A stretch of 63,203 nt of DNA, filler included, from Octopus bimaculoides (lineage: Eukaryota), in NCBI RefSeq assembly GCF_001194135.2. It is 5 parts of 5 records of this genome, joined end to end, with 100 filler letters (N's around TTAATTAATTAA, not from the genome) between each part and the next. Parts side by side here need not be neighbours in the genome. Positions count along the whole stretch, not along the records: positions 18,728 to 42,968 come from NC_068986.1; 4 more parts are not named here. The stretch is one strand, 5' to 3'. Below the pieces are notes generated by a model. It was given only the letters and a program-made list of their open reading frames with translations, searched no databases and was not told the origin of the DNA. Below, piece by piece: positions 24,168-35,327 of the stretch. The stretch's first letter is position 1. Each line of letters begins with the position of its first letter. Made by a program: the position numbers and the translations under genes.

Positions 24168-25275
24168 NNNNNNNNNNNNNNNNNNNNNNNNNNNNNNNNN
24201 NNNNNNNNNNNNNNNNNNNNNNNNNNNNNNNNNNNNNNNNNNNNNNNNNNNNNNNNNNNNNNNNNNNNNNNNNNNNNNNNNNNNNNNNNNNNNNNNNNNN
24301 NNNNNNNNNNNNNNNNNNNNNNNNNNNNNNNNNNNNNNNNNNNNNNNNNNNNNNNNNNNNNNNNNNNNNNNNNNNNNNNNNNNNNNNNNNNNNNNNNNNN
24401 NNNNNNNNNNNNNNNNNNNNNNNNNNNNNNNNNNNNNNNNNNNNNNNNNNNNNNNNNNNNNNNNNNNNNNNNNNNNNNNNNNNNNNNNNNNNNNNNNNNN
24501 NNNNNNNNNNNNNNNNNNNNNNNNNNNNNNNNNNNNNNNNNNNNNNNNNNNNNNNNNNNNNNNNNNNNNNNNNNNNNNNNNNNNNNNNNNNNNNNNNNNN
24601 NNNNNNNNNNNNNNNNNNNNNNNNNNNNNNNNNNNNNNNNNNNNNNNNNNNNNNNNNNNNNNNNNNNNNNNNNNNNNNNNNNNNNNNNNNNNNNNNNNNN
24701 NNNNNNNNNNNNNNNNNNNNNNNNNNNNNNNNNNNNNNNNNNNNNNNNNNNNNNNNNNNNNNNNNNNNNNNNNNNNNNNNNNNNNNNNNNNNNNNNNNNN
24801 NNNNNNNNNNNNNNNNNNNNNNNNNNNNNNNNNNNNNNNNNNNNNNNNNNNNNNNNNNNNNNNNNNNNNNNNNNNNNNNNTATATATACTACTGAGACTA
24901 TACAGTCATAGATTAGTCTATTACATTTCGCTTTAATGACATTGCCAAGTGGGAATGATTTTACGTTGCGAAAGCGAAACACATCACGCCTACACATCAC
25001 CTCCCCTACACATTGCCACATCGATGCCCCCTTCGTAAACCTACCACGTCATCTTGAACACAATAACCCAATACAAATTAAAGAATAAAATAGANNNNNN
25101 NNNNNNNNNNNNNNNNNNNNNNNNNNNNNNNNNNNNNNNNNNNNNNNNNNNNNNNNNNNNNNNNNNNNNNNNNNNNNNNNNNNNNNNNNNNNNNNNNNNN
25201 NNNNNNNNNNNNNNNNNNNNNNNNNNNNNNNNNNNNNNNNNNNNNNNNNNNNNNNNNNNNNNNNNNNNNNNNNNN

Positions 25276-25325
<50 letters not shown>

Positions 25326-25389
25326 GAAGAAGAACAACAACAACAACAATAATAATGATGATGATGATGATGATACTACTACTACTACA

Positions 25390-25435
<46 letters not shown>

Positions 25436-25470
25436 ATGATAATAATAATAATAATAATAACGACGATGAT
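25276..25470. repeat. Compound trinucleotide microsatellite AAT/AAG/AAC/GAT/ACT
   Basis: Read directly from the sequence. Confidence 0.95.
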
Positions 25471-27160
25471 GATTTTTAAAATGACATAACTTCTCTTCTC
25501 ATTACTTATCAGGACTGACACAGCAAAGCCTGGCACACTGATAGATTGGAGACATCGACGCAAAAGAATATAATGGGAAAAAAAATGCCATAGCAAAGAA
25601 CTACATAACTGCAAAACATACTATCATAAGGCTAGCCAATCGATACTTTGAACAAGTGGCAATATCAATGTTTTAACGGAAACTAGTTTGAATACGTGAA
25701 GTGTCTTTAATTGGTGTATGTTTCGGTGTCGTTGTATGTCTGTGTTGTCAGTTCATCAGAAACAAGCAATGAACAATATAGATAGAGATGAGGCTTTCAG
25801 ATGTCTTTGTTGATGTTTGCATCCACCAGAGTGAGTAATTCGATTGAGAAATAATCGAAGCGAAATTCAATGATCTGTAAATTAAACTTTTAAATAATGT
25901 CCACATAAAGGAAATATTAAAAAAGAATCAATCAACAAAATTAAATGGATTATTTTGACCTCAATTTATTGTTTCCCCAACATTTTGGAAGCATTCGTTC
26001 TCTTTACATGTGAAAATTTTATTTTAATCATAGACACCAAGTTGCTTCATCAGTTCTTGTAAACCCCAGGGTTCTGTTATATTACCTAAGCGTCCCAGTA
26101 TAACCATTAATGGTTTACATGTCACCGCTGACAGTTCGCACTTCAGTGCAAAAAATGATGCTTCTAACACTTTCTTAACCATCAGCAGACTGGCATCAGT
26201 TACACCATCTAGAGAAAAATTTGCTTACATTAATACACATTAACGAAACATTCTCTAAATAGAGCATCCTCAATCTTGTCTCCTTCGACAACTCAAGGTG
26301 AAAATCACTGCAGATAACTAAAAAACAATCTACCTCGGCCTTGGACAAAATGAAAATATAACTCGATCATGTTACAAATGATAAACTACTTTGGTGAGCT
26401 TATGTAAAAAAAAAAAAAAACAGAACACAGAAACAAGCTTTCAGAGATTAGTCTTCCTCCTTCGTATCGCAAAATGCTTCAACCACAAAAAGTTGCTCAT
26501 TCTCTACAAAATATCAGTGAGACCGAAGTTAGTATAATGCTCCAAAATATGATGTAGCGATGTTGTTATATATATACGAACAACCTACAATGCGGCTAAA
26601 AAAACATAAGCCATCGATGCAGCTAATCTCAAGGATGCAATTACCAAATTTTGTCTCACAGTGCTTTGTCTCTTTAGTGGGCTTTTTATGCTGTTTCTAC
26701 AAATACCCCTGTACCACAGAGTTAACTGACTGCATAATATCTCCATTCAAAGTCCCTTAGCACCCTCTTATCCCTATGCAAATCGCATCCTCTTTTCACA
26801 CGTTCACAGTCTCACCAAATTCTGAATTAACCATTATACCAATCATCTACCAAAATAGTAACACTTTGCAAATCACAAATCACCGGCCGTGCATTTTCCG
26901 ACGCAGGCATCGCTCAACCTTAACGTTAATTACATTATTCTGACCAAGTAAGGGAAGGAGAGCTGTGTGGTTATGTACATAATCTCTTCTTTAGAGAAAA
27001 CATGAAAAACCCTGCACATATCGATCCAATAAAACTGATTTGCTAGATGTAAAATTGTTTATTTATCATTGAGTGAGATGAAATTTTGTAACGACACGCC
27101 CCTTACATAATTTACATTATTTACAGTTGACGGATATTTGTCCTCATCTTGTATTTTGTT

Positions 27161-27206
27161 AACACTACATTTCGGCTGATATACCCTCCAGCCTTCATCA
27201 GGTGTC
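27161..27206 (-). ncRNA. Minimal type I hammerhead ribozyme with canonical CUGAUGA core
   Basis: GACAC-CTGATGA-A-GGCTG-loop-CAGCC-GAAA-TG-TA-GTGTT, cleavage triplet GUA. Confidence 0.8.
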
Positions 27207-27282
27207 TTGGGGGAAATTTCGAACCTGGGTTCTCATTCCTAAAGTATTTTTCAATGTTGTTGTTGTTGTTGTTGTTGTTGTT

Positions 27283-27323
<41 letters not shown>

Positions 27324-27325
27324 CA

Positions 27326-27377
<52 letters not shown>

Positions 27378-27379
27378 GA

Positions 27380-27409
<30 letters not shown>

Positions 27410-27410
<1 letters not shown>

Positions 27411-27486
27411 TCAGGTCACTGCATGGAATCGAACGCGGAATCTTGGGGTTAGTAGCCCGCGCACTTAATCACTACGCCATATGCCC
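27410..27486 (-). ncRNA. tRNA-Arg-like Pol III head
   Basis: gggcatatggcgtagtgattaag...aagattccgcgttcgattcc, homologous to 17508-17583. Confidence 0.7.
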
Positions 27487-27525
27487 GTGGGCATCTGGCG
27501 TAGTGACCTGAATAACAATAATAAC

Positions 27526-27576
<51 letters not shown>

Positions 27577-27578
<2 letters not shown>

Positions 27579-28600
27579 CAAACAAGAAATCAATCTACCT
27601 AACAAATACGAAGAAGAAGAAGAAGAAGAAGAAGAAGAAGAAGAAGAAGAAGAAGAAGAAGAAGAAGAAGAAGAAGAAGAAGAAACAACAAAAGCTATAA
27701 AACAAATGAAATCCAAACTAAAACTAGAACAGCAACGGACCATGATAAAACGATGGCAAGAAAAGCCCCTACATGGTAAATACTGGGCTAANNNNNNNNN
27801 NNNNNNNNNNNNNNNNNNNNNNNNNNNNNNNNNNNNNNNNNNNNNNNNNNNNNNNNNNNNNNNNNNNNNNNNNNNNNNNNNNNNNNNNNNNNNNNNNNNN
27901 NNNNNNNNNNNNNNNNNNNNNNNNNNNNNNNNNNNNNNNNNNNNNNNNNNNNNNNNNNNNNNNNNNNNNNNNNNNNNNNNNNNNNNNNNNNNNNNNNNNN
28001 NNNNNNNNNNNNNNNNNNNNNNNNNNNNNNNNNNNNNNNNNNNNNNNNNNNNNNNNNNNNNNNNNNNNNNNNNNNNNNNNNNNNNNNNNNNNNNNNNNNN
28101 NNNNNNNNNNNNNNNNNNNNNNNNNNNNNNNNNNNNNNNNNNNNNNNNNNNNNNNNNNNNNNNNNNNNNNNNNNNNNNNNNNNNNNNNNNNNNNNNNNNN
28201 NNNNNNNNNNNNNNNNNNNNNNNNNNNNNNNNNNNNNNNNNNNNNNNNNNNNNNNNNNNNNNNNNNNNNNNNNNNNNNNNNNNNNNNNNNNNNNNNNNNN
28301 NNNNNNNNNNNNNNNNNNNNNNNNNNNNNNNNNNNNNNNNNNNNNNNNNNNNNNNNNNNNNNNNNNNNNNNNNNNNNNNNNNNNNNNNNNNNAAATACAT
28401 AACAAAAACACCAGGACTTACAAATATATATAACATACAGAAAATTGCACTACTGGGTACTGCACACATTCTACGCAAAACACTTTCAATACAGTAAACA
28501 TAAGAGCACCACAGCAAACCACAGCACATACCCAAGGCGCACAGAGCTGCGCTCGGTAGTGAAGTGAAAGCACGTTATAAAAATAAAACTACTGAACAAT
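27577..28600 (+). mobile_element. 5'-truncated R4/Dong-clade (RLE) non-LTR retrotransposon inserted in (AAT)n
   Basis: Translates WQEKPLHGKYW before the gap and IQKIALLGTAHILRKTLSIQ* after it, motifs typical of R4/Dong C-termini. The 3'UTR ends in (AAT)n. Confidence 0.8.
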
Positions 28601-28660
28601 AATAATAATAATATCGAGAAATACCTTAGGAATGAGAACCCAAGTTCGAAATTTCCCCAA

Positions 28661-28706
28661 GACACCTGATGAAGGCTGGAGGGTATATCAGCCGAAACAT
28701 AGTGTT
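28661..28706 (+). ncRNA. Minimal type I hammerhead ribozyme with canonical core and a mutated stem III
   Basis: GACAC-CTGATGA-A-GGCTG-loop-CAGCC-GAAA-CA-TA-GTGTT. Confidence 0.72.
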
Positions 28707-28949
28707 AACAACAAACAAGTTGAGGACAAATATCCGTCAAATGTAAATAACGTAAATAATATACGTAGTTCCTCCTCTCTTAAATATAGAACAGCCCCTT
28801 ACATAGTTGGCTTTAATCATGCATTTCTAATCTGAAGTTAATTACTTGCCACGTTCATCAAACCTGAGGCTTTTTTGATATAACAGGTTTGTGACTTCTG
28901 TGACGCACGGAATAGGAAAGAAGAAACGAAGGGGGTCTAGTAATTAGAA

Positions 28950-29430
28950 AAAGCATGTTGAATGCCCTCTACTAACCCAAAACCCAATATAAGTTGAGGT
29001 AACACAATGCGGCAGTAAAAGTGCTACATTGGAAACTATATGAAACGTGGTATCTATAAAAAGATAGACGTGGCATGAGTACAAACCGCAGAAAGTGTCG
29101 GAGTCAGACGCTTGGAAAATTCTGTGAGATTTCCCAATCCAGAACGATCAGGTGCTTGAGCATGATAAGCCGGACATAGTGGTAGTGGACAACTTGAACC
29201 ACGTGCTATATAATTCTGGTCACGTGCCGCTTTGACCAAATGATAGTCAAAAAGTAAGGCGGAAAGTAAACATATACAATTCGCTTAAGTTCGAAATAGC
29301 ATGGCTATGGGTAAATGAAGAAGTAAAACATTCCAAGTCGTTAAATATTTACACCGGAAGCTTTGCCGGAACTGAGAACTTGGAGCTGGAAACTCACGGT
29401 ATAAACATCCGGTCGACAAGCGCTGGAGTC
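28950..29430 (+). pseudogene. Decayed RLE endonuclease region of an R4/Dong-type LINE
   Basis: HNAAVKVLHWKL, WHEYKPQKV and KIL*DFPIQNDQVLEHDKPDIVVVD (PD-D/ExK-type motif), with stops and frameshifts. Confidence 0.8.
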
Positions 29431-29844
29431 GGACAAATGCAAAGTTTTGTGGGATTTTACTATTCAACCGGATAAAGTAGAAAAAATAAGACCAGGCAAC
29501 AATAATAGACAAAGATAAGAGATGTTGCTTACTAAATGATCCCTCATGCCCGTTATACATATATAAATGTATAAAACATAATTAAATCTCTGTTGAATTA
29601 GGTACTTAAAGTGAGTCACCCTCATAGGTCGACATAATCGGCACAACCAAACAATATTGATTGAATATTGAATATCAAGATTCCGTGCAAGGTTGTCTTT
29701 GCCTGATATTCCTGCTGTGTGTGTAGACATTCTTTCAAATGATGTAATGTTTTCATTAATCAATTAAAAGAATCGCTTGAAATGTCCGTAATGAATTGAC
29801 ACCTGTACAGCTTTGTTACTAATATTATGTTATATTATATTATA

Positions 29845-29980
29845 TCAAATTCCGCCGGGGCCGACTTTGCTTTTCATCCTTTCGGGGTCGTTAAATTAAG
29901 TACCAGTTACGTACTACGCTGGATTTAATCGACTGGCCCATTCCCCCAAAAGTTCGGGCCTTGTGCCTAGAGTTGAAAAT
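29845..29980 (+). mobile_element. SINE-B, 5'-truncated
   Basis: gactttgcttttcatcctttcggggtcgttaaattaagtaccag matches 16498-16709. Confidence 0.85.
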
Positions 29981-30002
29981 AATATTATATCATATTATAT
30001 AT

Positions 30003-30053
<51 letters not shown>

Positions 30054-30655
30054 TGTGCGTGAGTGCGTGTGTGTGTAATACATATACGCACTAATAGATA
30101 TATATATCTACACAATGAATAAAAAGCCAGATACGTTTCATGTTTCATGTTTTCATGTGTGTTACGCAGACAGCGGGTTTTGTAGAACTCTGTGCATTCG
30201 ACTTTCCTTGCTTCTCTCAACAACTGAATTAACATTTATATATATTCTGTTCAAACTTTTACAGGTAATAATCAATTTTATTTATATTTTACTTATATTT
30301 ATGCTTTTATGTTTTTTTCTTTTCTTTAGATTTATCGTTTAACTTCTTTTCATGCATTGTCGCCCAAGTTCTTCTTACTTAAGTTCATGTCAGTATTATC
30401 TCCCCTTGCTATCCACTTTCCACTCATCTATCGTCCGGAGTTTTTTTTTGTGTTTTATATCTTTTCTCGTGTCTTTTACTTCTCGTTCCATGTATAACAT
30501 TATATAAACTAAATCTTCCTTCAAATATACATATACATGTACTTATAGACACATATATATATATGTATGTATATATATGTGTGTGTGTTAGCGTGTATAT
30601 ATGTATGTTTATATAAATATAAAAATAAATACATACATACATGTGTGTGTGTATG

Positions 30656-30694
<39 letters not shown>

Positions 30695-31123
30695 NNNNNN
30701 NNNNNNNNNNNNNNNNNNNNNNNNNNNNNNNNNNNNNNNNNNNNNNNNNNNNNNNNNNNNNNNNNNNNNNNNNNNNNNNNNNNNNNNNNNNNNNNNNNNN
30801 NNNNNNNNNNNNNNNNNNNNNNNNNNNNNNNNNNNNNNNNNNNNNNNNNNNNNNNNNNNNNNNNNNNNNNNNNNNNNNNNNNNNNNNNNNNNNNNNNNNN
30901 NNNNNNNNNNNNNNNNNNNNNNNNNNNNNNNNNNNNNNNNNNNNNNNNNNNNNNNNNNNNNNNNNNNNNNNNNNNNNNNNNNNNNNNNNNNNNNNNNNNN
31001 NNNNNNNNNNNNNNNNNNNNNNNNNNNNNNNNNNNNNNNNNNNNNNNNNNNNNNNNNNNNNNNNNNNNNNNNNNNNNNNNNNNNNNNNNNNNNNNNNNNN
31101 NNNNNNNNNNNNNNNNNNNNNNN

Positions 31124-31172
<49 letters not shown>

Positions 31173-31873
31173 ATGTATATTTATTTAACTATTGCTTCTT
31201 TTTTCTTTCTCTCGTGTTTCTTATGTGTTTTGCTGTCTTCAAGCAATATCTTCTATTCTTCTGCTTACAACACCGACTCACATCTTCACACAGTCACACT
31301 GATATACACTCTCACGCAAATAGTGCCACATGAACATATACAGACTCTCACAAATCTGCTACCCACCCACTCACACCCACTCAAAGAATAATACTCCGAA
31401 CTTATGTTGAATTTCTATGTATTCTTTATTTTTTTTACAACATTACTGATAATATATTTTTATAATGTTATTCGACGAAGATTTTTGCCGTTTTATTATT
31501 ACTAGAAGAAACATCGCCCGCTCTGTGGTTTCGTTCTAATATAACAAACACACACATTTACACACATACGTTTAGTACTAGGTCTCGGAAAAAATACTCA
31601 ATACAATAGCCATAGAATTTCTGAAAATCCTAGGCACCCCCACAGGTGAAACTTAAAGCAGTAAGAGATTGACTTCACAAAAATAATAAACATATGTTAA
31701 TTCATGAGTTCGAATTCGAATTAGATTAAGCCATAAAGGATAGCTTGAGCAATACTGGGTTAAGAGCACTTTGGAGAGAAGAACTTCGCAGAGTCCACAT
31801 AAAACGCGAACCCGTATCTTCTTAGAACATGTTATACGTGATAACAATTTTACCAAAACACATTTCAGGCTGA

Positions 31874-32033
31874 AGCGTCGCTGAGTGGTAAGAAATTTGC
31901 TTTCCAACCACACGGTTCCAGGTTCAGTCCCACAGTGTATCATGACCTTGTGCAAGTGTCTTCTACTATAACCTCTCGCCGACCAAACCCTGTGAGTGGA
32001 TTTGGCAGACAGAAACTGAAAGAAGCCTGTCGT
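31874..32033 (+). mobile_element. SINE-A head and CORE region running into (TA)n and a gap
   Basis: gctgagtggtaagaa...ggttcagtccc...caagtgtcttctactata. Confidence 0.85.
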
Positions 32034-32613
32034 GTATATATATATATATATATATNNNNNNNNNNNNNNNNNNNNNNNNNNNNNNNNNNNNNNNNNNNNN
32101 NNNNNNNNNNNNNNNNNNNNNNNNNNNNNNNNNNNNNNNNNNNNNNNNNNNNNNNNNNNNNNNNNNNNNNNNNNNNNNNNNNNNNNNNNNNNNNNNNNNN
32201 NNNNNNNNNNNNNNNNCCGCACAGCTCGAAGTTAGGTGAATAAAAAGCAAATAAGTAACAAGGATGTCAAGTTATTAATGTAATACGGCCGTTTCAGGTG
32301 GCTCCATTTAATCGAACAATGCAAGTATTGCATCAATTTGAAATATAGCGCCATCTTCAGTTGTACAATACAAATTTTCAACAGTCAGGATATTCAATTA
32401 TAAATTTTAGCAAATATTTCATCAGAGCTAAAGAAGGAAATAATTCCATGCTGCTTCTAATGTAATAGAATGAAATTGTTCTGCTACTTTAGTAACAGCA
32501 TAGAATAGCTTCCGAAATCAGCCGGTACCTAGCAACTTTTGAGATAGTATCTTTAATGGCTGGCGACGTTCAAAGGTTTTTGCAAATATTTACTTCACAT
32601 ATTGCGTGTGCAT

Positions 32614-32645
<32 letters not shown>

Positions 32646-32646
32646 T

Positions 32647-32685
<39 letters not shown>

Positions 32686-32734
32686 GCGTGTGTGTGTGTA
32701 TATAAATGTTTACAATAATATCAGAATATTTATT

Positions 32735-32900
32735 TTTTCCTAATTTTGGGTCAAGTCCAGCAATTTTACAGGGGAGTGAGCAAATCGAGTTGATCAGATC
32801 CAGGACTAGTACATTATTTTATCGGCGCCGAATAAATTAAGGTCAACTTTGGCGGGATTAGAATTCATAACGTAAAACGGCTAAAGATTCTGCCAGCTTT
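32735..32900 (-). mobile_element. Degenerate SINE-B
   Basis: tttatcggcgccgaa...aaggtcaactttggcgggattagaattc. Confidence 0.55.
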
Positions 32901-33960
32901 AATACTAACCGAAATTGTAACTGCACGAAGGCCTTAATACAATAGGATGGCATTCTGTGTAGGATAATATGACAGAGATCATTTCAAGATAAGCGAATGT
33001 GATAGATTATGGAGTGATTTGGTGGTATTAGTTGATAGGTCTAGGGACACAGAAAAAGAACAAATTGGAAAAGCAGCAATTTTGGGTCATTAAATCTTTG
33101 GTGAGAAGTAGGTGCATAGATGTTGCGGGAAATACAATCTTCAAAATCGGGCTGTTCGTGAGATCTATTATTTACGCGATCGCGAAGAGTGTTGGGTGTT
33201 TTCAGTGTACGTTTAGCAGGTGGATTCAGTTTTAACGCTTCAGAAGCTCCAATGAATGGAAACTGGAAATTCCGAAAGAAATTATGTATATGGAGCAGGA
33301 GTAGCTGTGTGGTAAGAAGCTTGCCTCCGCGCATGCATGTCGAGTTCGCTTCTTGCAGCTAAACAAGGAAGACGTAGGTTTTTTTTTCATCTCCGTCTTG
33401 TGAAGAATAGTGAAAGCGTCGAGACAGGTGTTTTTGTCCATTTGAAGCTGGATGGGATTTATTGGTGGTTTTAATTTTTTCAGTAAATTCTGCCCAGCTC
33501 TGGGGCAATTTCGCCTACTCTTGGCGTTTTTCTTTTCTTGTTGTTTGTGCCCGCAAGCAAAAGTTGTTTTTTGGGGGCGTATACTCGCCTGAAAAAAAGA
33601 AAAAGTTGAACTTTTATTTTTGTACTTGTTCTGATCGCGGTGTTCCAGCTTCATTTTTTTATTACTAAAAAGGCCGGGAGTACATTGTGGCCTGGAGAAG
33701 TTGTTTTTTATTCACTCTAAGTGAATAATTGTGGAAGTTCCTGTGTGTTCCAGTCGTGCGGATCCAGATTCATACAGCAGGCCGGAGTACCAAGTGGCTG
33801 AAGGAATTGTTCGCTGTGCTATTGGACTGTTTCTTTCTTCTGATTTTTTTCTTGAACTGTGTCTTCCTTTTTTTGTTGTGCCTTCTTTTTTCTTTGAATT
33901 TTTGAACTGTTTGCTGTTATTTGTGTTTTTTTCATTATGAACTGTCAAAAAAAAAAAAAC

Positions 33961-35216
33961 ATGGCGAAGAAGCAGAGCGCTGCTTTGGAGTGGGAGATTG
34001 TCCCACCCAAGGAGTGGCTGAAAGACTTACAAAAAAGAACGGTTGTGCTGAGGACCTATTCTAGGTCGCTCGGCACCATCATCCAATATAACAAGGACAA
34101 GATTGAGAAAGAGTTGGAAGACTATCTGCCAACCTCAAAATTCATTTCTCGGTGGACCATATTTGTGACAGTCTGGCTGCTGTTTGGTACCCCCGAGAAA
34201 GCTGGTACATTTGCCAGCAAGCCACTTCAAGGGGATGAGATTTTGTTCCTTCCCACTTATTTTCGGAGGAAGATAAGAAAAGCCTGGGTGTACGGGCTCC
34301 CCCCGGGCACGGAGGCGGGATGGATCGAGGATGCCATCCGGCGGGGCCTGGGAGGTAGTGGGCCCAGACTATTGAGTGTGAATATGGCTCCTGCGTTAGA
34401 CTGGGAGGGGTCAAAGGCAACTTTGACCCTGTGGGCCCCGGTGGCCGTGGGAGATATTATATTCTCACACTTCCTAAAAATGGCAGGGTCCAGGTAACTG
34501 GTGATACTTGAGGGACGCCCCCCCCCCCGAAGTGTCACCTGTGCCTGGAGCCTGGGCATATCAGGAAGAATTGCCCCCAGGACCGTGGTAATACCCTATA
34601 GCAGGAAAAGGAAAAGGTGCCCGCCGTCCCCCCATTGGAGGGGGAGAAGGTGGAAGTCGTGGAGGAGGTTGCCTTCACGAAAAAAAAGAAAGCGGAAGAA
34701 GGTGAGCAACAATGGTTGCTCATCGAGGGATCCGCAGGTTGCGGGAAAGGAAGTCCTTCCGGTTAAACCAACAGAGGCCCCCTTCTCCCGCAACACCAAA
34801 GAAGAGAAGGAGGAGAAATGGGACACGGCCGGTGAAATGTTGATACAACGTCGGGAAGTCCCGATGCTTCATCAGTGGGAAGGGTGCCACCGATGTAGCA
34901 GAATGAGGCCCCTCCCCCATGTGAGTTGAACAGTGATTGCATTGTCTTCTGCCACAGGGGAGGGGTCGTGGAGTGCTACTTGGATGGCATACGGTTAGAG
35001 TCCGGGTGTCTGCACTATCCAGAGTGGCCGCCACATGTGTACGCGGAGGTTCTGAGCAACACAGAGTTGTTCAAGATAATGGCCTCCTTTAGAAAGGAAG
35101 ATTTTCAATTCCTTGGAATAGGCCTCGATTTGTCGCAGCAGGTTTGCCTACGGGCGCCAAAAAGTTGCTCGCGGAGGAAGTTTAAGAGGTTTAAGCACCT
35201 ATTCATTGATTATTAA
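33961..35216 (+). pseudogene. Disrupted gag-like ORF1 with a CCHC zinc knuckle
   Basis: The ORF from 33961 reads through TAA (34495) into LVILEGRPP. A frameshift in a C11 run then gives KCHLCLEPGHIRKNCP (CX2CX4HX4C). An acidic/basic linker and the open segment 34926-35216 follow. Confidence 0.8.
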
Positions 35217-35291
35217 ATCATGTTATTTTGATTGTTTGATTTGATTTGATTTGATTGTACATAATTTGAATTGTAAAAGAACAGTGACTTC

Positions 35292-35327
35292 GAGGGGTTT
35301 TCGGTCGGCGGGCGCCGAATACCCCTC
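35292..35327 (+). other. GC-rich stem-loop in the 3'UTR of the ORF1-only element
   Basis: gagggg pairs with cccctc and ttcgg pairs with ccgaa. Confidence 0.65.

Larger units (their letters stand above)
27110..28793. mobile_element. Hammerhead-bearing tRNA-headed element, inverted pair, locus 2, with a nested LINE
   Basis: The minus arm spans 27110-27486. The plus arm spans 27489-28793, has an internally deleted head and is interrupted in its (AAT)n. The TSD gccccttacata is at 27098-27109 and 28794-28805. Confidence 0.88.

Noticed and set aside
17284-28793. CRISPR-like or other prokaryotic repeat system
   Set aside because: There is no repeat-spacer periodicity or cas gene, and the context is eukaryotic.
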